A DNA stretch of 64,000 bases from Squalus acanthias (lineage: Eukaryota), in NCBI GenBank assembly GCA_030390025.1, contig CM059432.1:53694001-53758000 (forward strand), given 5' to 3'. Below are positions 1 through 12,545 of the stretch, piece after piece (positions within the stretch are counted from its first letter, which is position 1; each line of letters opens with the position of its first letter). The position numbers and the translations under genes were made by a program. The notes beneath the pieces were generated by a model. It ran no database searches. It saw only the letters and a list, made by a program, of their open reading frames with translations, and was not told the origin of the DNA.

Positions 1-93
1 ATCCTCTGTCTTCTATCTTTCCTGATCTTACCCCGCCTGGGGTCTCCTCTACGTTGTCTCTGATTTTCATCCGCCATTAATTCATTAGTACAG

Positions 94-474
94 TTAGTCA
101 TGATTATAGATACACATTTGGCTTATGCACCAAAGTCTTATTACACAGATTACATATATCAAATATACGGTCATTACAAGCTGGAGAACTACCAGAGCAC
201 ATGAAATGATACGAACCTAAGGGTGAGCTGATATATAAACCCCAATATCCCACCAGTGTGAATCGTCCCTTATGCTGTCAATTTCAATATCTATTCTCGA
301 GTTGTCTTGCTCCAAAACATAAAATTGCTTTGGGGAGGAGTTCAGTCGCATCACTGAGCTCACTGAATTCCTCAGACAACAGGAGAATGTCGTACCTGAA
401 TTGTACCACATAACTGTGCAGCTCATACTGGATCGTATTGGCTTTTCCCACGCTCTGTTACCTACAAAACACAA
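94..474 (-). pseudogene. env: env C-terminal remnant (membrane-proximal region plus transmembrane helix)
   Basis: Reading through the TAG at 217-219 gives ...IDSIRDDSHWWDIGVYISAHP*VRIISCALVVLQLVMTVYLIYVICVIRLWC... It lies downstream of IN, and the duplicate copy places it just before the PPT. Confidence 0.6.
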
Positions 475-614
475 TTATTACAGTCACAGTTATAATTCAG
501 TATTACAATAATTAGCACGTCGACTAAGTACATACATTTCAAGTGACAATGATGCAAAACAAATAATACAGAAATTGTGAAGAAAGCTACAGTTTATCAT
601 CTAACCAGGAATAT

Positions 615-3600
615 TTATTCTTTCACAGTTTTCAACTGATTGATATGGTACCATTTAGCCACCTTGGCCCTCCCCTTTTTCCCAGGGAATTGGACCAGAT
701 AAACCGAAGGACTGGCCCTGTCAATAATCGGGAAGGGGCCATTCCACTTTGGTTCGAAGCAATGTTGCTTCTTCCCATAGTTTAGTACCATTATAACATC
801 TCCCACTTGATACTCAAATGGCCGGACCTTCTTGTTGAAGTATTTCTTTGCCTGGTTTTTTGATTTGCCTGTTTGTGTAGCTACAAACATGTTAGTTTGT
901 TCTATGTTCTCTACCACCATTTCAAGCCATTTTTGGTTGGCAATTCCCTGTAGTAAGGGTGTGGATGAAGGGGTTAACAGATGGACTGGCATTCGCATTA
1001 GTCGCCCGGTCATAGCCTGGTAGGGTGAGATACCCGTTGTGCTATGCGGGGTGAATCTAATAGCCATTAGACACATTGGCAACATACTGAACCATTTGGT
1101 GGGGTGATCTGCACAAAATTTGTTTAACAGAGTTTTCAGAGTTCGGTTTCCTCTTTCCACTACACCAGATGATTGTGGCTGATGGGAGATGTGAAGTCTA
1201 TGCGAAATACCCATTATCCATTGCAATTTGGTAAAAATTTGGGCGGTAAAGTGTGATCCCTGATCACTATCAACTTGAATTGGCACTCCCCACCTGCAGA
1301 TCACCTCACCCAATAGAAGGCGAGCTGCTGTGAATGCAGTGTTTGTTTTACATGAAAAAGCCTCCATTCATTTAGTAAATTTATCAACTATAACCAGGCA
1401 ATACCGCAAGCCAGAAGGTCCTGTAGGTAAGGGCCCTATAAAATCAATTTGAAGGTGGGTCCACGGCCCATCGGGAGGAGGGGGACTGCGCAACAGTGCC
1501 CGATTAGTGTGGGCACTTGGATTGTGCTGTAAACAGGGTAGACAACGATTCACCCTATGAGTGGCATCTGTGATGCAATCGGGATACCATACAAATTTGC
1601 GTAGTTTCTGAACAGTTGCGTCAGCTGAATAGTGCCCTCCTACCGGATGTGAGTGCAGGAGATCAAAAATTTCGGATGCCATGGATGGGGGAACACAGAC
1701 AACTGGGAGATCAGATGATAGCCACCGCATACGGGGGTTGAACATTAACAGGGGAGCAGCTTCCCCAGACTGATCCGGAGCCAATTGTGTGTCCGCAGCC
1801 CATGGAGTGGGCTGAGGTAACGGACATCCATTCTGATGCCATGCAATAACAACTGCATAGGGGGAATAACTGGACTGGAGGGAAGGGAGGTCAATGTCCC
1901 CACCTTGGATACTCGAGACTGATCCTAAGGGAGGGGTAGGGGCTTGCCAGAGGTCACCGTTAACAGCGGCGTCCTTGGCAGCATGATCTGCCTGTGAGTT
2001 ACCTTGGGTATGTACATCTGAAGAACGTGAATGGGACTTTACCTTACCAACATAGACAGGGGCTGATCGTGAATTTAAAGAGTCCCAAAGGGAAGCAACG
2101 AGGTCTGCATGGAGCAGGGTCTTGCCATCAACAGTACAAAAATTATTCCTAGCATACAGCGGTAAAGATAACAAAGTGTTAATCGCATAGGCACTATCTG
2201 ACCAGACATTAACAGGTATGTCATGAGTAATTTGGATTGCTGTCACCAGGGCTGCAACTTCAGCATATTGGGCAGAGTGGGGAATGCATTTATACTTAAG
2301 TTCTTGGTCAGGCATGACTACTGCCAATCCAGTAAGGGGCTTTCCGTCCCTGTGATAGGATGACCCATCAATATAGACGTTCTGGGCATCACTTAGCGGA
2401 GTAGGAGAGACGGGGTGATGGTCGAACTCCAGTGGTGGAAGGGGGCACTCACAGCTTCCCCCCTCGTATAGTAGGAGCTGAGGTAGTAGAGTTGTCTGCC
2501 TTGGCGTTATTTCCAAATCTCTCTGAGTTAACAGAATTGTCCAGTGACTGAGTCGGGCAGAGGAGACCAAAGTGTCCCCTGGTTTAAGTAAAAGATTCAA
2601 AGGGGTGTGGGGGCTATGTATGATCATTTTGTTCAGCCCAGTAATAAATGTGAAGTGTTTGATTGCCCAAAAAGTGGCTAGCAGATGTCGCTCACACACA
2701 GTGAAATTCTTTTCCACGCCATTCAAAATACGGGAGGCGAATGCGATTGGCATAAGTTTACCCTGTACCTTTTGGCACAGAACAGCAGCAAGACTCTGAT
2801 TGGTGGATCCCACCTCCAGGTGGAAAGGCTTATCTCGGTCAGGGCTTGTCAGGCATGTGGCTTGCATAACAGCAGTTTTAAGGAGGGACACAGCTGTTGT
2901 ATGTTCAGTGGTCCAGTCACAGGCCACAGCGTCCTCTTCACCCTTTAACAGTTTATATAATGGTTTGGCTAGCTCCGCAAATCTGGGAATAAATGAGCAC
3001 TGGTATCCCACTAGGCCCAGGAAGGAACGAAGTGCGGTTTTGGATGGGGGCAATGGTAAACGCTGAATCACCTCAATCTTATGCTGGTCAGGGCTGAGTC
3101 CCTTTTGTCCCACAGAAACCCCTAAAAATGTCACTTCTGGCTGTAACAGTTGTACCTTTTTGGGGTTAATTTTCAGCCCAGCTTTTAGAAGAAGGCTTAA
3201 TAGCTCTTCCATTAATTTAATATGAGTCTTTTTGTCAGGCGTTGCAAGCAAAAGGTCATCAACATACTGCAGCAGGCAGTCGGGTCTCGAAAAAGGTTTC
3301 AGTGCCTGAGCCATCCGTTTGTGGAATATAGTTGGGGTGTTGTGAAAGCCTTGAGGTAAACATGTCCAACTATAACTTTGATCTTCAAAAGTGAAGGCAA
3401 ACTTGTACTGATCCTCTGACTTAACATGAATACTCCAGAAGCCGTTTGAAATGTCAAAGGTGGAGAAGTAACAGGGGCAACACGGTGGCATAGTGATTAG
3501 CACTGTTGCCTCACAGCGCCAGGGACCCGGGTTCGAATCCGGCCTCGGATGACTGTCTGTGTGGAGTTTGCACATTCTCCCCGTGTCTGCGTGGGTTTCC

Positions 3601-4647
3601 TCCGGGTGCTCCGGTTTCCTCCCACAGTCCAAAGATGTGCGGGTTAGGTTGATTTGGCTATGATAAAAAATTGACCCTTAGTGTTAGGGGGGGATTAAAT
3701 ACGTGGGGTTACGGGGATAAGGTGGGATATGTGTTGGTGCAGGGTGGGATATGTGTCGGTGCAGGCTCGATGGGCCGAAATGGCCTCTATCTGCACTGTT
3801 GTGATTCTGTGAAGTAGCAGCTACCTGGTGGAATCTGGGACAGGAGAGTGGGTGTCTCCCGAACAACAGGGGCGCAAGCTGGGGTTACCGAATTAAGCTT
3901 ACGATAATCAATTGCTAGACGCCAGCTATCATCTGGTTTCTTAACTGGCCAGGTTGGAGAATTAGTGGTAAAAGTGCCAGTGCGGATAACACCCTGCTTT
4001 AACAATGAATTGATAGTAGACCGAACATAAGGTTTACTCTCAGCCGGAATGGAATACTGCTTAACAGGAGGGTGGGAGGGTCCATTAATCTCCTCATCTC
4101 CCGACATCCTACCACAATCATGTTTGGACTTAGCAAAAACCTCTGAAAATTTATGAATTAATGTATTAACCATGGGGTCTTCAGTCCCGGGAAGGGCGAA
4201 ATCTTCGGGTTTTTTAATTGCATATACCGAATGGGCATCCGAAATAGGTGTCAGTGGTCCGTCATTAAAGTGCCACTAAACACACTCACTAGCGTAGTCG
4301 AGGACAGCACAGTGTTTATGCAGCGTGTCACTTCCGAGGATACCTTTCTGGTCATGGGTGGCCATATATACAGGAGAGGGGACATCGACGGAATTCCCAT
4401 CAATGGACAAGACTGTGGAGCTCAATCCCTGATTAACTAACTGAGTAGAAGCATTAAAGCCAGAGAGGTTTAGGGCGGTGCCAGAATGGGAAAAGGGAGC
4501 GGGGTCATGTAAAATAGTCACGGCAGAACCGGAATCCACAAGCGTAACATGGCGGTGGCCTCCATGATCAGTGGCCCGGACAAAGGGTCGTCCGTCCTCC
4601 CCGTACCAGACAGGAAAAGAAGTGGTCACCGTGGAGGCCTCTGACCA
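615..4647 (-). pseudogene. pol: pol: protease, RT, tether, RNase H, integrase
   Basis: PR LVDSGS; RT WRLAIDYRKLN, LPQGFHN, QYVDD; degenerate RNase H (PIAFASRIL...CERHLLA); second RNase H (YIDGSS, SAQYAE, WSDSAY, GNSQAD); IN H..H/C..C, IDFIGP, DSDQG, SSGVVER. In-frame stops at 4276 and 1368, plus a SINE insertion. Confidence 0.92.
3475..3810 (+). mobile_element. tRNA-derived V-SINE (HE1-like) inserted in RT
   Basis: A/B boxes (TGGCATAGTG, GGTTCGAATCC), V-domain TGTGGAGTTTGCACATTCTCCCCGTG, CR1-like tail. TSD GAAGTA(A/G)CAG at 3465-3474 and 3811-3820; removing it rejoins RT. Confidence 0.9.
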
Positions 4648-7600
4648 TCACTGGGGCCGTGAGTCTGGGAGCGCATCTCCACTGCGAGAAACAGCCAAAA
4701 TGTTTTGCCCCCCCCCCCCCCCCGTCTGACTGTGCTTCATGGCCTCAACTACTGCTGAAAGGTGCTCGAGCTGCTGCTGCACAGAATTTAAATCAGACCC
4801 GTTACCTTCACGGATTGGGGGTTGGTAGCGTGGGCCATTTGGACGTCGACTATTGCGGCAGTCGCGAGCATAGTGTCTGGGCTTATAACAGTTATAACAG
4901 ATTACGTGGCGTTTGTCTCCCGACTGGGGAGGGGTTTGTGGAGTCAGAGGGCCCTCCACCACTGACATTTTGGACTCAGTAGGGGTGAGGGACGATTTAA
5001 CTCGGTCCCAAACTCGAATGCAAGCGTCCTTCAGATCAGCCCACGGGGTTCCCTGATGAACAGTAATACCAAGAGCGTCCCTTACAGGGGGTAAGAGAGC
5101 ATCAATGAATGTCAGCTTAAATCCCTCCGTGTCTCAAAACTCTTGACCACTACAGTTTTTCTGGGACTGGTTGTACAAATCATACAATCGATTTGCAAAG
5201 GCTACAGGATGCTCATTAGCCTTTTGCTGGGCGTCCCCAGCCTCATGGGTGAAATTAACTGCGTCCATGCCCAAACGGGAACAAACTGAATCCATAACAT
5301 CCCACCACCACTTACTTTTATCATAGATTTCCCGTGAAAGTGATAATTTGAGTTCCCGTGAAATGCATGACAACAGAACTTGTTTTAAGTCTGTCCACTC
5401 TAACTCAGGGTGACAGTGACGGAATGTACCCCACTAAAGTGGCAGGGGGTTGGGAACCTGAGGAGGGAGACAGAGGAAAGGGAAATAAGGATAAAAGCTA
5501 AAGACAGGAAGGAGAAAAACAAAAGTAGAAGGCAAAGAACTCAACGGTTTAAATCAAACATGGTCACAGTAAATAATAATTCATATAGGTCTGAGAGCGT
5601 TAAAAAAACAAGCCTGAAGGCTTTGTGTCTTAATGCAAGGAGCATTCGGAACAAGGTAGATGAATTAGCTGCGCAAATAGAGGTAAATGAATACGATTTG
5701 ATTGGGATTACAGAAACATGGCTCCAGGGTGGCCAAGGCTGGGAACTCAACATCCAGGGTTATTCAATACTTAGGAAAGATAGGCAAAAAAGAAAGGGAG
5801 GTGGGGTAGCATTGCTGGTTAAAGAGGGGATTAACACAATTGAAAGGAAGTATATCAGCTCTGATGTGCGGAATCTGTATGGGTAGAACTGAGAAATAAC
5901 AAGGGGCAGAAAATGTTAGTGGGAGTGGTATATAGACCTCCAAACAGTAAAACGGAGGTTGGGGACAGCATTAAAAGGGAAATTAGAGGAGCATGCAGTA
6001 AGGGCACAGCAGTCATCATGGGTGACTTTAATTTACATATAGATTGGGCTAACCAAATTAGTAAAAATACTGTGGAGGAGGAATTCCTAGAATGTTTACG
6101 AGATGGTTTTCTGGAACAATATGTCGAGGAACCAACCAGAGATCAGGCCATCTTAGACTGGGTATTATGCAACGAGAAAGGATTAATTAGCAATCTTGTT
6201 GTACGAGGCCCCTTGGGTCAGAGTGATCATAATATGATAGAATTCTTCATTAGGATGGAGAGTGAAGTAGTTGAATCAGAGACTAGGGTCCTGAATTTAA
6301 ATAAAGGAAACTACGATGGTATGAGGCGCGAATTGGGTAGGATTGATTGGGGAATGTCACTCAAGGGGTTGACGGTGGATAGGCAATTGCAAACATTCAA
6401 AGACTGCATGGATGAACTACAGAATTTGTACATCCCAGTGTGGCATAAGAATAAAACAAAAAGGGTGACTCAACCGTGGCGAACAAGGGAAATTAGGGAT
6501 AGCATAAGATCCAAGGAGAGGGCATATAAATTGACCAGAAAAAGCGGTAGCCCTGAGGATTGGGAGCAGTTTAGGATTCAACAAAGGAGGACAAAGGGAT
6601 TAATTAAGAAGGGGAAAATAGAATATGAAAGTAAGCTTGCTGGGAACATAAAAACTGACTGTAAGAGCTTTTATAGATATGTGAAGAGAAAAAGATTAGT
6701 GAAATCAAGTGTAGGTCCCTTGCAGTCAGAAGCGTGGGAAGTTATAATGGGGAACAAAGAAATGGCAGCCCAATTAAATGCATATTTTGGTTCTGTCTTC
6801 ACAAAGGAGGACACAAATAACCTCCCAGAGATGTTGGAGAACATATGGTCTGATGAAAGGGAGGAACTGAAAGAAATCAGTATTTGCAGGGAAATGGTGT
6901 TGGGGAAATCGAAGGTATTGAAGGCCGATAAATCCCCAGGGCCTGATAATCTACATCCTAGGGTACTTAAGGAAGTGGCCCTAGAAATAGTAGATGCATT
7001 GCTGATCATCTTCCAACATTCGATGGAATCTGGAACTGTACCCATGGATTGGAGGGTAGCTAATGTTACCCCACTATTCAAAAAGGGTGGTAGAGAGAAA
7101 GCGGGGAATTACAGACCGGTAAGCCTGACATCGGTAGTGGGGAAAATGCTAGAGTCCATTATAAAGGATGTAATAGCTGAGCATTTGAAAAACAGTGACA
7201 GGATCGGACAAAGTCAACATGGATTTACAAAAGGTAAATCGTGCTTGACTAATCTACTGCAATTTTTTGAGGATGTAACTGGGAAAATAGATAAGGGAGA
7301 ACCAGTAGATGTGGTGTATTTGGACTTTCAAAAGGCTTTCGATAAGGTCCCGCATAAGAGATTAGCGGGTAAAGTTAAGGCACATGGGATTGGGGGCAAG
7401 GTATTGACTTGGATAGAGAACTGGTTGGCGGACAGAAAGCAGAGAGTAGGAATTAATGGGTCTTTTTCCGAGTGGCAGGCAGTGACTAGTGGGGTACCGC
7501 AGGGATCGGTCCTTGGACCCCAGCTATTCACAATATACATTAATGATCTAGATAAGGGAATTAAATGTAATATCTCCAAGTTTGCAGATGACACAAAGCT

Positions 7601-9458
7601 GGGTGGGAGTGTGTGCAGCGAGGAGGATAGCGAGAAACTCCAGGATGATCTGGACAGGTTGGGTGAGTGGGCAGAAGCGTGGCAGATGCAATATAACGTG
7701 GATAAGTGCGAGGTTATCCACTTTGGTGTCAAAAACAGAAAGGCAGACTATTATCTGAATGGCAATAGATTGGGAGAAGGGGAAGTGCAACGAGACCTGG
7801 GTGTCCTTGTGCACCAGTCGCTGAAAGTAAGCATGCAGGTGCAGCAGGCGGTGAAGAAGGCAAATGGTATGTTGGCCTTCATAGCGAAAGGGTTTGAGTA
7901 TAGGAACAGGGATGTCCTGCTGCAGTTGTACAGGGCCTTGGTGAGACCACACCTTGAGTACTGTGTGCAGTTTTGGTCGCCTTATCTGAGGAAGGATGTT
8001 CTTGCCATGGAAGGAGTTCAGCGAAGATTCACAAGGCTGATACCTGGGATGGCAGGAATGACATATGAGGAGAGATTGAGTCGATTGGGCTTATACTCAC
8101 TGGAGTATAGAAGATTGAGAGGGGATCTCATCGAAACATATAAAATTCTGACAGGTCTGGACAAACTAGATGCAGGAAGAATGTTCCCGATGGTCGGAGA
8201 GTCCAGAACCAGGGGTCATAATCTACGGATAACGGGTAAACCATTTAGGACAGAAATGAGGAAGAATTTCTTCACCCAGAGAGTGGTGAACCTGTGGAAT
8301 TCTCTACCACAGAAGGTAGTTGAGGCGAGGTCATTAAATATATTCAAGGGTGAGTTAGATATATTTCTTAAAGCTAAAGGTATCAAGGGATATGGGGAGA
8401 AGGCAGGTACAGTGTACTGAGTTTAGATGATCAGCCATGATCTCATCGAATGGCGGAGCAGGCTCGAGGGGCCGAATGGCCTACTCCTGCTCCTATCTTC
8501 TATGTTTCTATTAATCACTTGTTAGGCCGACTGGGTTCGTCCCCCAGTTTATTGGCCCCATTTCTTCGGCTAGTGCTTTGCACTCTGCCGGGGTCAAACT
8601 TCTACTGGTGGTAGTAGTAGTTACTTCCACATTTGGGGGCAGGTTGTAGGCTACAGAAGATGTATCATTATCGAATTCATCATCCGAGGGTGTAGGGTCA
8701 CCAAATTGGGTGGTAGTAGTGACTATATTAACCTGCTTGGTATCTACCGGGGCAGTTTGTCCTGGATAGGGAGGTGGAGGCGCAGAGGGTGAGGGGCTAT
8801 TTTGGCAGATGGGGTTATTATTGCACTGGGCTTTTCTTGTTAGATTATTCCAGTTAATACCGGGATCCCCTGGTTTAAGGCGAGTAACGGCCGCAACAGC
8901 AGCTGTTTGTCTCCCCAGCTTTCCCTTCAATTCCATAATTTTTAATTCGCAGTGAGTATGGTCAGTGCTCACCAGAGGGGGGTTTTCAAGTAATTCTCTC
9001 AAGGCCCCCCTGGCGTCCTCAAGTTGTGAGATCAGGGATTCATTTTTTATTTTTAAAGCCTTGTTATCCTCAAACACCTGATGGTGGCGTCTTGAGGCAA
9101 GTCGTGCCTCATCTGCCAAGGCTTGTTCTTGATGGAGAAGTGTACAGACTGTGGCATGTCGGCCTTGCCAGTCCTGTAAGTCTCTTGCAAGTTGTGCATT
9201 TCTCTCTTTCAGGAGTACAACTTCGCCTCCCAAGCAAACAGCACACAAGTGGGCCGCGTAAGCCAGCCTATTTCTGGCTTCCTTAACTTTGCATTTCTTC
9301 GCACCCACCTGGGATGCTATCATGCCCCAAATCTCAGAGTAACTCTTCTCACTCTTCTCATCTCCCTGCACTATTCCGATTACTGCTCGGGCCCCCGGAA
9401 CCCCTAACTTATCCGAAAGACTGTTCGCAACCTTTTCTCTAAAATACGCATCTGCCAT
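4648..9458 (-). pseudogene. gag: gag, split by the CR1 insertion at about 5433-8510
   Basis: ATG at 9458 just downstream of the PBS; coiled-coil N-terminal half; PPPY and PSAP late-domain-like motifs; MHR-like QQKANEHPVAFANRL; CCHC knuckle CYNCYKPRHYARDC. Confidence 0.85.
5433..8510 (+). mobile_element. CR1 LINE, 5'-truncated at the ORF1/ORF2 junction (APE endonuclease + RT)
   Basis: ORFs 5410-5886 and 5913-8420 (one frameshift): NARSIRNK, ITETWL, GDFN, SDH, GVPQGS, FADD; (CTATGTTT)-type tail. Confidence 0.95.
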
Positions 9459-9550
9459 TTCGTTTTTACTTTACAACCCGATAAGAATGCCTAGTAACAT
9501 TATAGACTGAACCCGTCCTCAACTCGTTTCGACCACAACAACCCTGTTAC

Positions 9551-9570
9551 ACTCCTGGCTCGGCTCGCCA
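9551..9570 (-). promoter_or_regulatory. Primer-binding site complementary to tRNA-Arg(ACG)
   Basis: Minus strand TGGCGAGCCGAGCCAGGAGT, 3 nt after the LTR ...CTACA. Matches the recalled tRNA-Arg(ACG) 3' end ACTCCTGGCTGGCTCGCCA with one inserted base. Confidence 0.8.
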
Positions 9571-9573
9571 ATT

Positions 9574-10137
9574 TGTAGAGATTCAGGTATCTCTGGTAAA
9601 CAGGATCGAGTGCAAACCAATATGGTGGGTATATTGGGGGAAAAATTCAGTATCGCCCCATTTGAGGCGCAATTATCGGCCAGGCGCAAAGATTAGCGCC
9701 TGGCGCTAATTATCGCCTCCGACTGCAAACTTGACTTTTATCGGCCCTGGAGGTGATTGGAGCGCTAAATCAGGCGCTACACATCTGTCTTAAGGCGCAA
9801 AGGCCGAGGAGCGAGGCGCTAACTCAGAGCGCTGGCGAAGCTCATGTGATGTCAGTCAGCAATGGAACACAGACACAATGGCGCCGGCCAGTTCTTAAAG
9901 GGGAGGGTTGATCTTGCTTTCCATCCACATCCTGCTCATTGCAGCCTTGAATCTTGGCCTGGAGAGACCTGTACATCAAATCTGCTGGAAAGAATAATGG
10001 AGAGGCTGAAGGAAAGAGCTCAGAGTGCAGCCCCCACAGTCTCTTCTAAATCGATACAAGGAAGGGCAAATCAAAATGAACCTGCAAAGTGCTGCTCAGT
10101 ACCCAAAACTCCTTCACACAGCGTTGAATCTCTCCAG

Positions 10138-10168
<31 letters not shown>

Positions 10169-11717
10169 AGAATGCATGGTTCAAAAATGTCACCAACAAA
10201 AAAAGGCAGGAAGCGTTCGCCTTTAAATAGCGCTCCCCCAGTCCCTTCCTGACTGCAAAACGCTCCCCTCAACCTGTCGTTGTTAGCATCAGGCGGTAAG
10301 GCAGGGGGCGCCACTCAATATCCGCTCCGGGACGCTACCGGTGCGTTGCGCACTCGACTGATGTCACGATCTGCCGGCGCAGGAGATCGTGGCGGTACTG
10401 TTTAGCGCCGCCGCAAAATGTCTAGTTAATTTCGCGAGCGGCGCAAACATCGCCGCGCCCGGGCGCTAGTTGCTTTGCGGCCCATTAGCGCCCTCTTAAG
10501 GCGATAACGGGAGGCGCAACCAACTGAATTTTTCCCCCATTGTGTTTCATCAGAGTTTAGGACGGAATATAACACACTAGTAATACAGCAAAAACATATG
10601 ACCGTAACAAGCAGCTTGTACCGGACCCGATCAGACAGACGGCTGGCATGCGTGAGCAGTTCTCTGGCGTCTGGCCCCTCTCTCTCTCTCTCTCTCTCTC
10701 TAGGGCCTTCGATGGTGAGCATGGGATCACTCTCAAAAGAGCATTCGACCAGCCCAACTTCTCTTTTTAACTTCTGTTTGGCTCTCCCTTCCACCGTCTG
10801 TGTGCAAGCCCTTGGGGTGTCACTTTTTATTCTCTTTTTAGGGGTGGGCCTGAGGCCACGTTATTGACAAGACCATTTAACCTATAGAGGTTCCTCCAAA
10901 ACTTCATCAACCAGTGATAGCTCAAGTTCTTTGTGTTGGTGCTTGGATGAAAGTCCTCCCCAAAGAGGGTCTCATTACTTCATCCTTATTTTTACATTTT
11001 GAAGGTTCCTCCATTGGAATCCATCTTATCTCTTTTTACTCTCTCCCCCTTAACCCAGCAAGTACAAGGCCCGGCCCTGTCCTTCTGGCCCCAGCCAGAG
11101 CTGTCGCACATTAACCAGTCGCTATCTCACCATTCTGACCTTCATGATTCCCTCCCCTTTTCTGCTGTGATCGTTTCTCTCAGAACTTTTACATAGCCAG
11201 ACTTCCCATGAATTACGCTGCTTTCAGTGTTCAGTAGCTGTTGTTTTATACCTTTTTTTCCCTTTCAAAATACATGGCAACTTGCAGCTGCTTGGGCTAT
11301 CTCACCTTCACCTAACAAATGGCCCATTCTAAGATGGATACCTTCGCCTCCTCAAATTCCTTTCATTCTATGTCTTTTCCTAATTAACTTTTAATTATCT
11401 TCTCAAGCAGTTCTGCTAAACAAAACTCCAAATTCTATCTGTGGAGATTATAATATGATTATTAGTAATAATGGAAGAAACATAGGTTGGGCCTTTACTG
11501 GCCAAATTAAAGATACATTAACAAAGTCAAAACCCTAACTTACAAACAACAGATAACTAGCCTGGCAGGACCATCCTATGGGCCCCCGTGTGGAATGTTT
11601 ATGTTTCACCTAATCTAACTGATTAAAAAGACTGTCATAAATTCTAATGCAAGCTTTCCAGGAAAATGAAACTTATCATTTAAACACAGTATTTTTAGGC
11701 ACCCCTAGTTTCTAACA
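9574..11717 (-). repeat. LTR (about 1.24 kb after removing the MITE)
   Basis: Starts TGTTAGA right after a PPT-like AAGGTGGGGAC (11718-11728) and ends TCTACA before the PBS. Candidate TATAAAA near 11245 and AATAAA near 10826. Confidence 0.75.
9636..10538. mobile_element. PIF/Harbinger-type MITE
   Basis: TIRs GGGGGAAAAATTCAGT / ACTGAATTTTTCCCCC; 3-bp TSD ATT; homologous inverted copy at 41677-42569. Confidence 0.85.
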
Positions 11718-12430
11718 GTCCCCACCTTGAGAGGGAGAAAAACTCTATTTCGACCTCTCATTTACAAACCTCTACCAACCATGCCAATTCTAAATTATTG
11801 GTTCGACGGTTCAATTCACTATTCCGGTGTTCCAATTCTGCCCCGCCTGGGGTATCCTCTGTCTTCTATCTTTCCTGATCTTACCCCGCCTGGGGTCTCC
11901 TCTATGTTGCCTCTGACTTTCATCCGTCATTAATTCATTAGTACAGTTAGTCATGATTATAGATACACATTTGGCTTATGCACCAAAGTCTTATTACACA
12001 GATTACATATATCAAATATACGGTCATTACAAGTTGGAGAACTACCAGAGCATGTGAAATGATACGAACCTAAGGGTGAGCTGATATATAAACCCCAATA
12101 TCCCACCAGTGTGAATCGTCCCTTATGCTGTCAATTTCAATATCTATTCTCGAGTTGTCTTGCTCCAAAACATAAAATTGCTTTAGGGAGGAGTTCAGTC
12201 GCATCACGAGCTCACTGAATTCCTCAGACAACAGGAGAATGTTGTACCTGAATTGTACCACATAACTGTGCAGCTCATATTGGATCATATTGGCTTTTCC
12301 CACGCTCTGTTACCGACAAAACACAATTATTACAGTCACAGTTATAATTCAGTCTTACAATCATTAGCACGTCGACTAAGTACATACATTTCAAGCGACA
12401 ATGGTACAAAACAAAGAATACAGAAATTGT
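11718..12430 (-). repeat. Second copy of the provirus 3' internal region (env remnant + PPT), upstream of the LTR
   Basis: 11854-12430 is a near-identical direct repeat of 1-579. Confidence 0.9.
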
Positions 12431-12545
12431 AGGCTTTCTGTGCATGTGTGAGTATGTTCCTGACCGGAGTCATGAGCCATGTCATGAGGGGATAAGTCTT
12501 GTTGCCTAGTAGCCAGCCTTTGACTTGCCATGGTGGTTCAAATAC

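Larger units (their letters stand above)
1..11717 (-). mobile_element. Retrovirus-like LTR provirus (lokiretrovirus-like, dual RNase H): 5'LTR-PBS-gag-pro-RT-tether-RH-IN-env remnant; 3' end runs off the window
   Basis: Ordered domains on the minus strand, LTR with TG...CA ends, PBS and PPT. Interrupted by a MITE, a CR1 and a SINE. Confidence 0.85.

Noticed and set aside
3475..3550. tRNA gene (also near 42900-42981, 19963 and 57800)
   Set aside because: These are tRNA-derived SINE heads followed by SINE bodies and LINE-like tails.
1368..3632. 754-aa ORF as an intact gene
   Set aside because: Its first roughly 54 residues are antisense SINE sequence; the true Pol is interrupted.
6671..7952. 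Recurrent 130-175 aa antisense ORFs in CR1 copies
   Set aside because: Shadow ORFs opposite RT; recurrence reflects the repeat itself.
9862..10314. ORFs repeated in both MITE copies (also 41810-42343)
   Set aside because: No known domain; they cross microsatellites and their frames diverge between copies.
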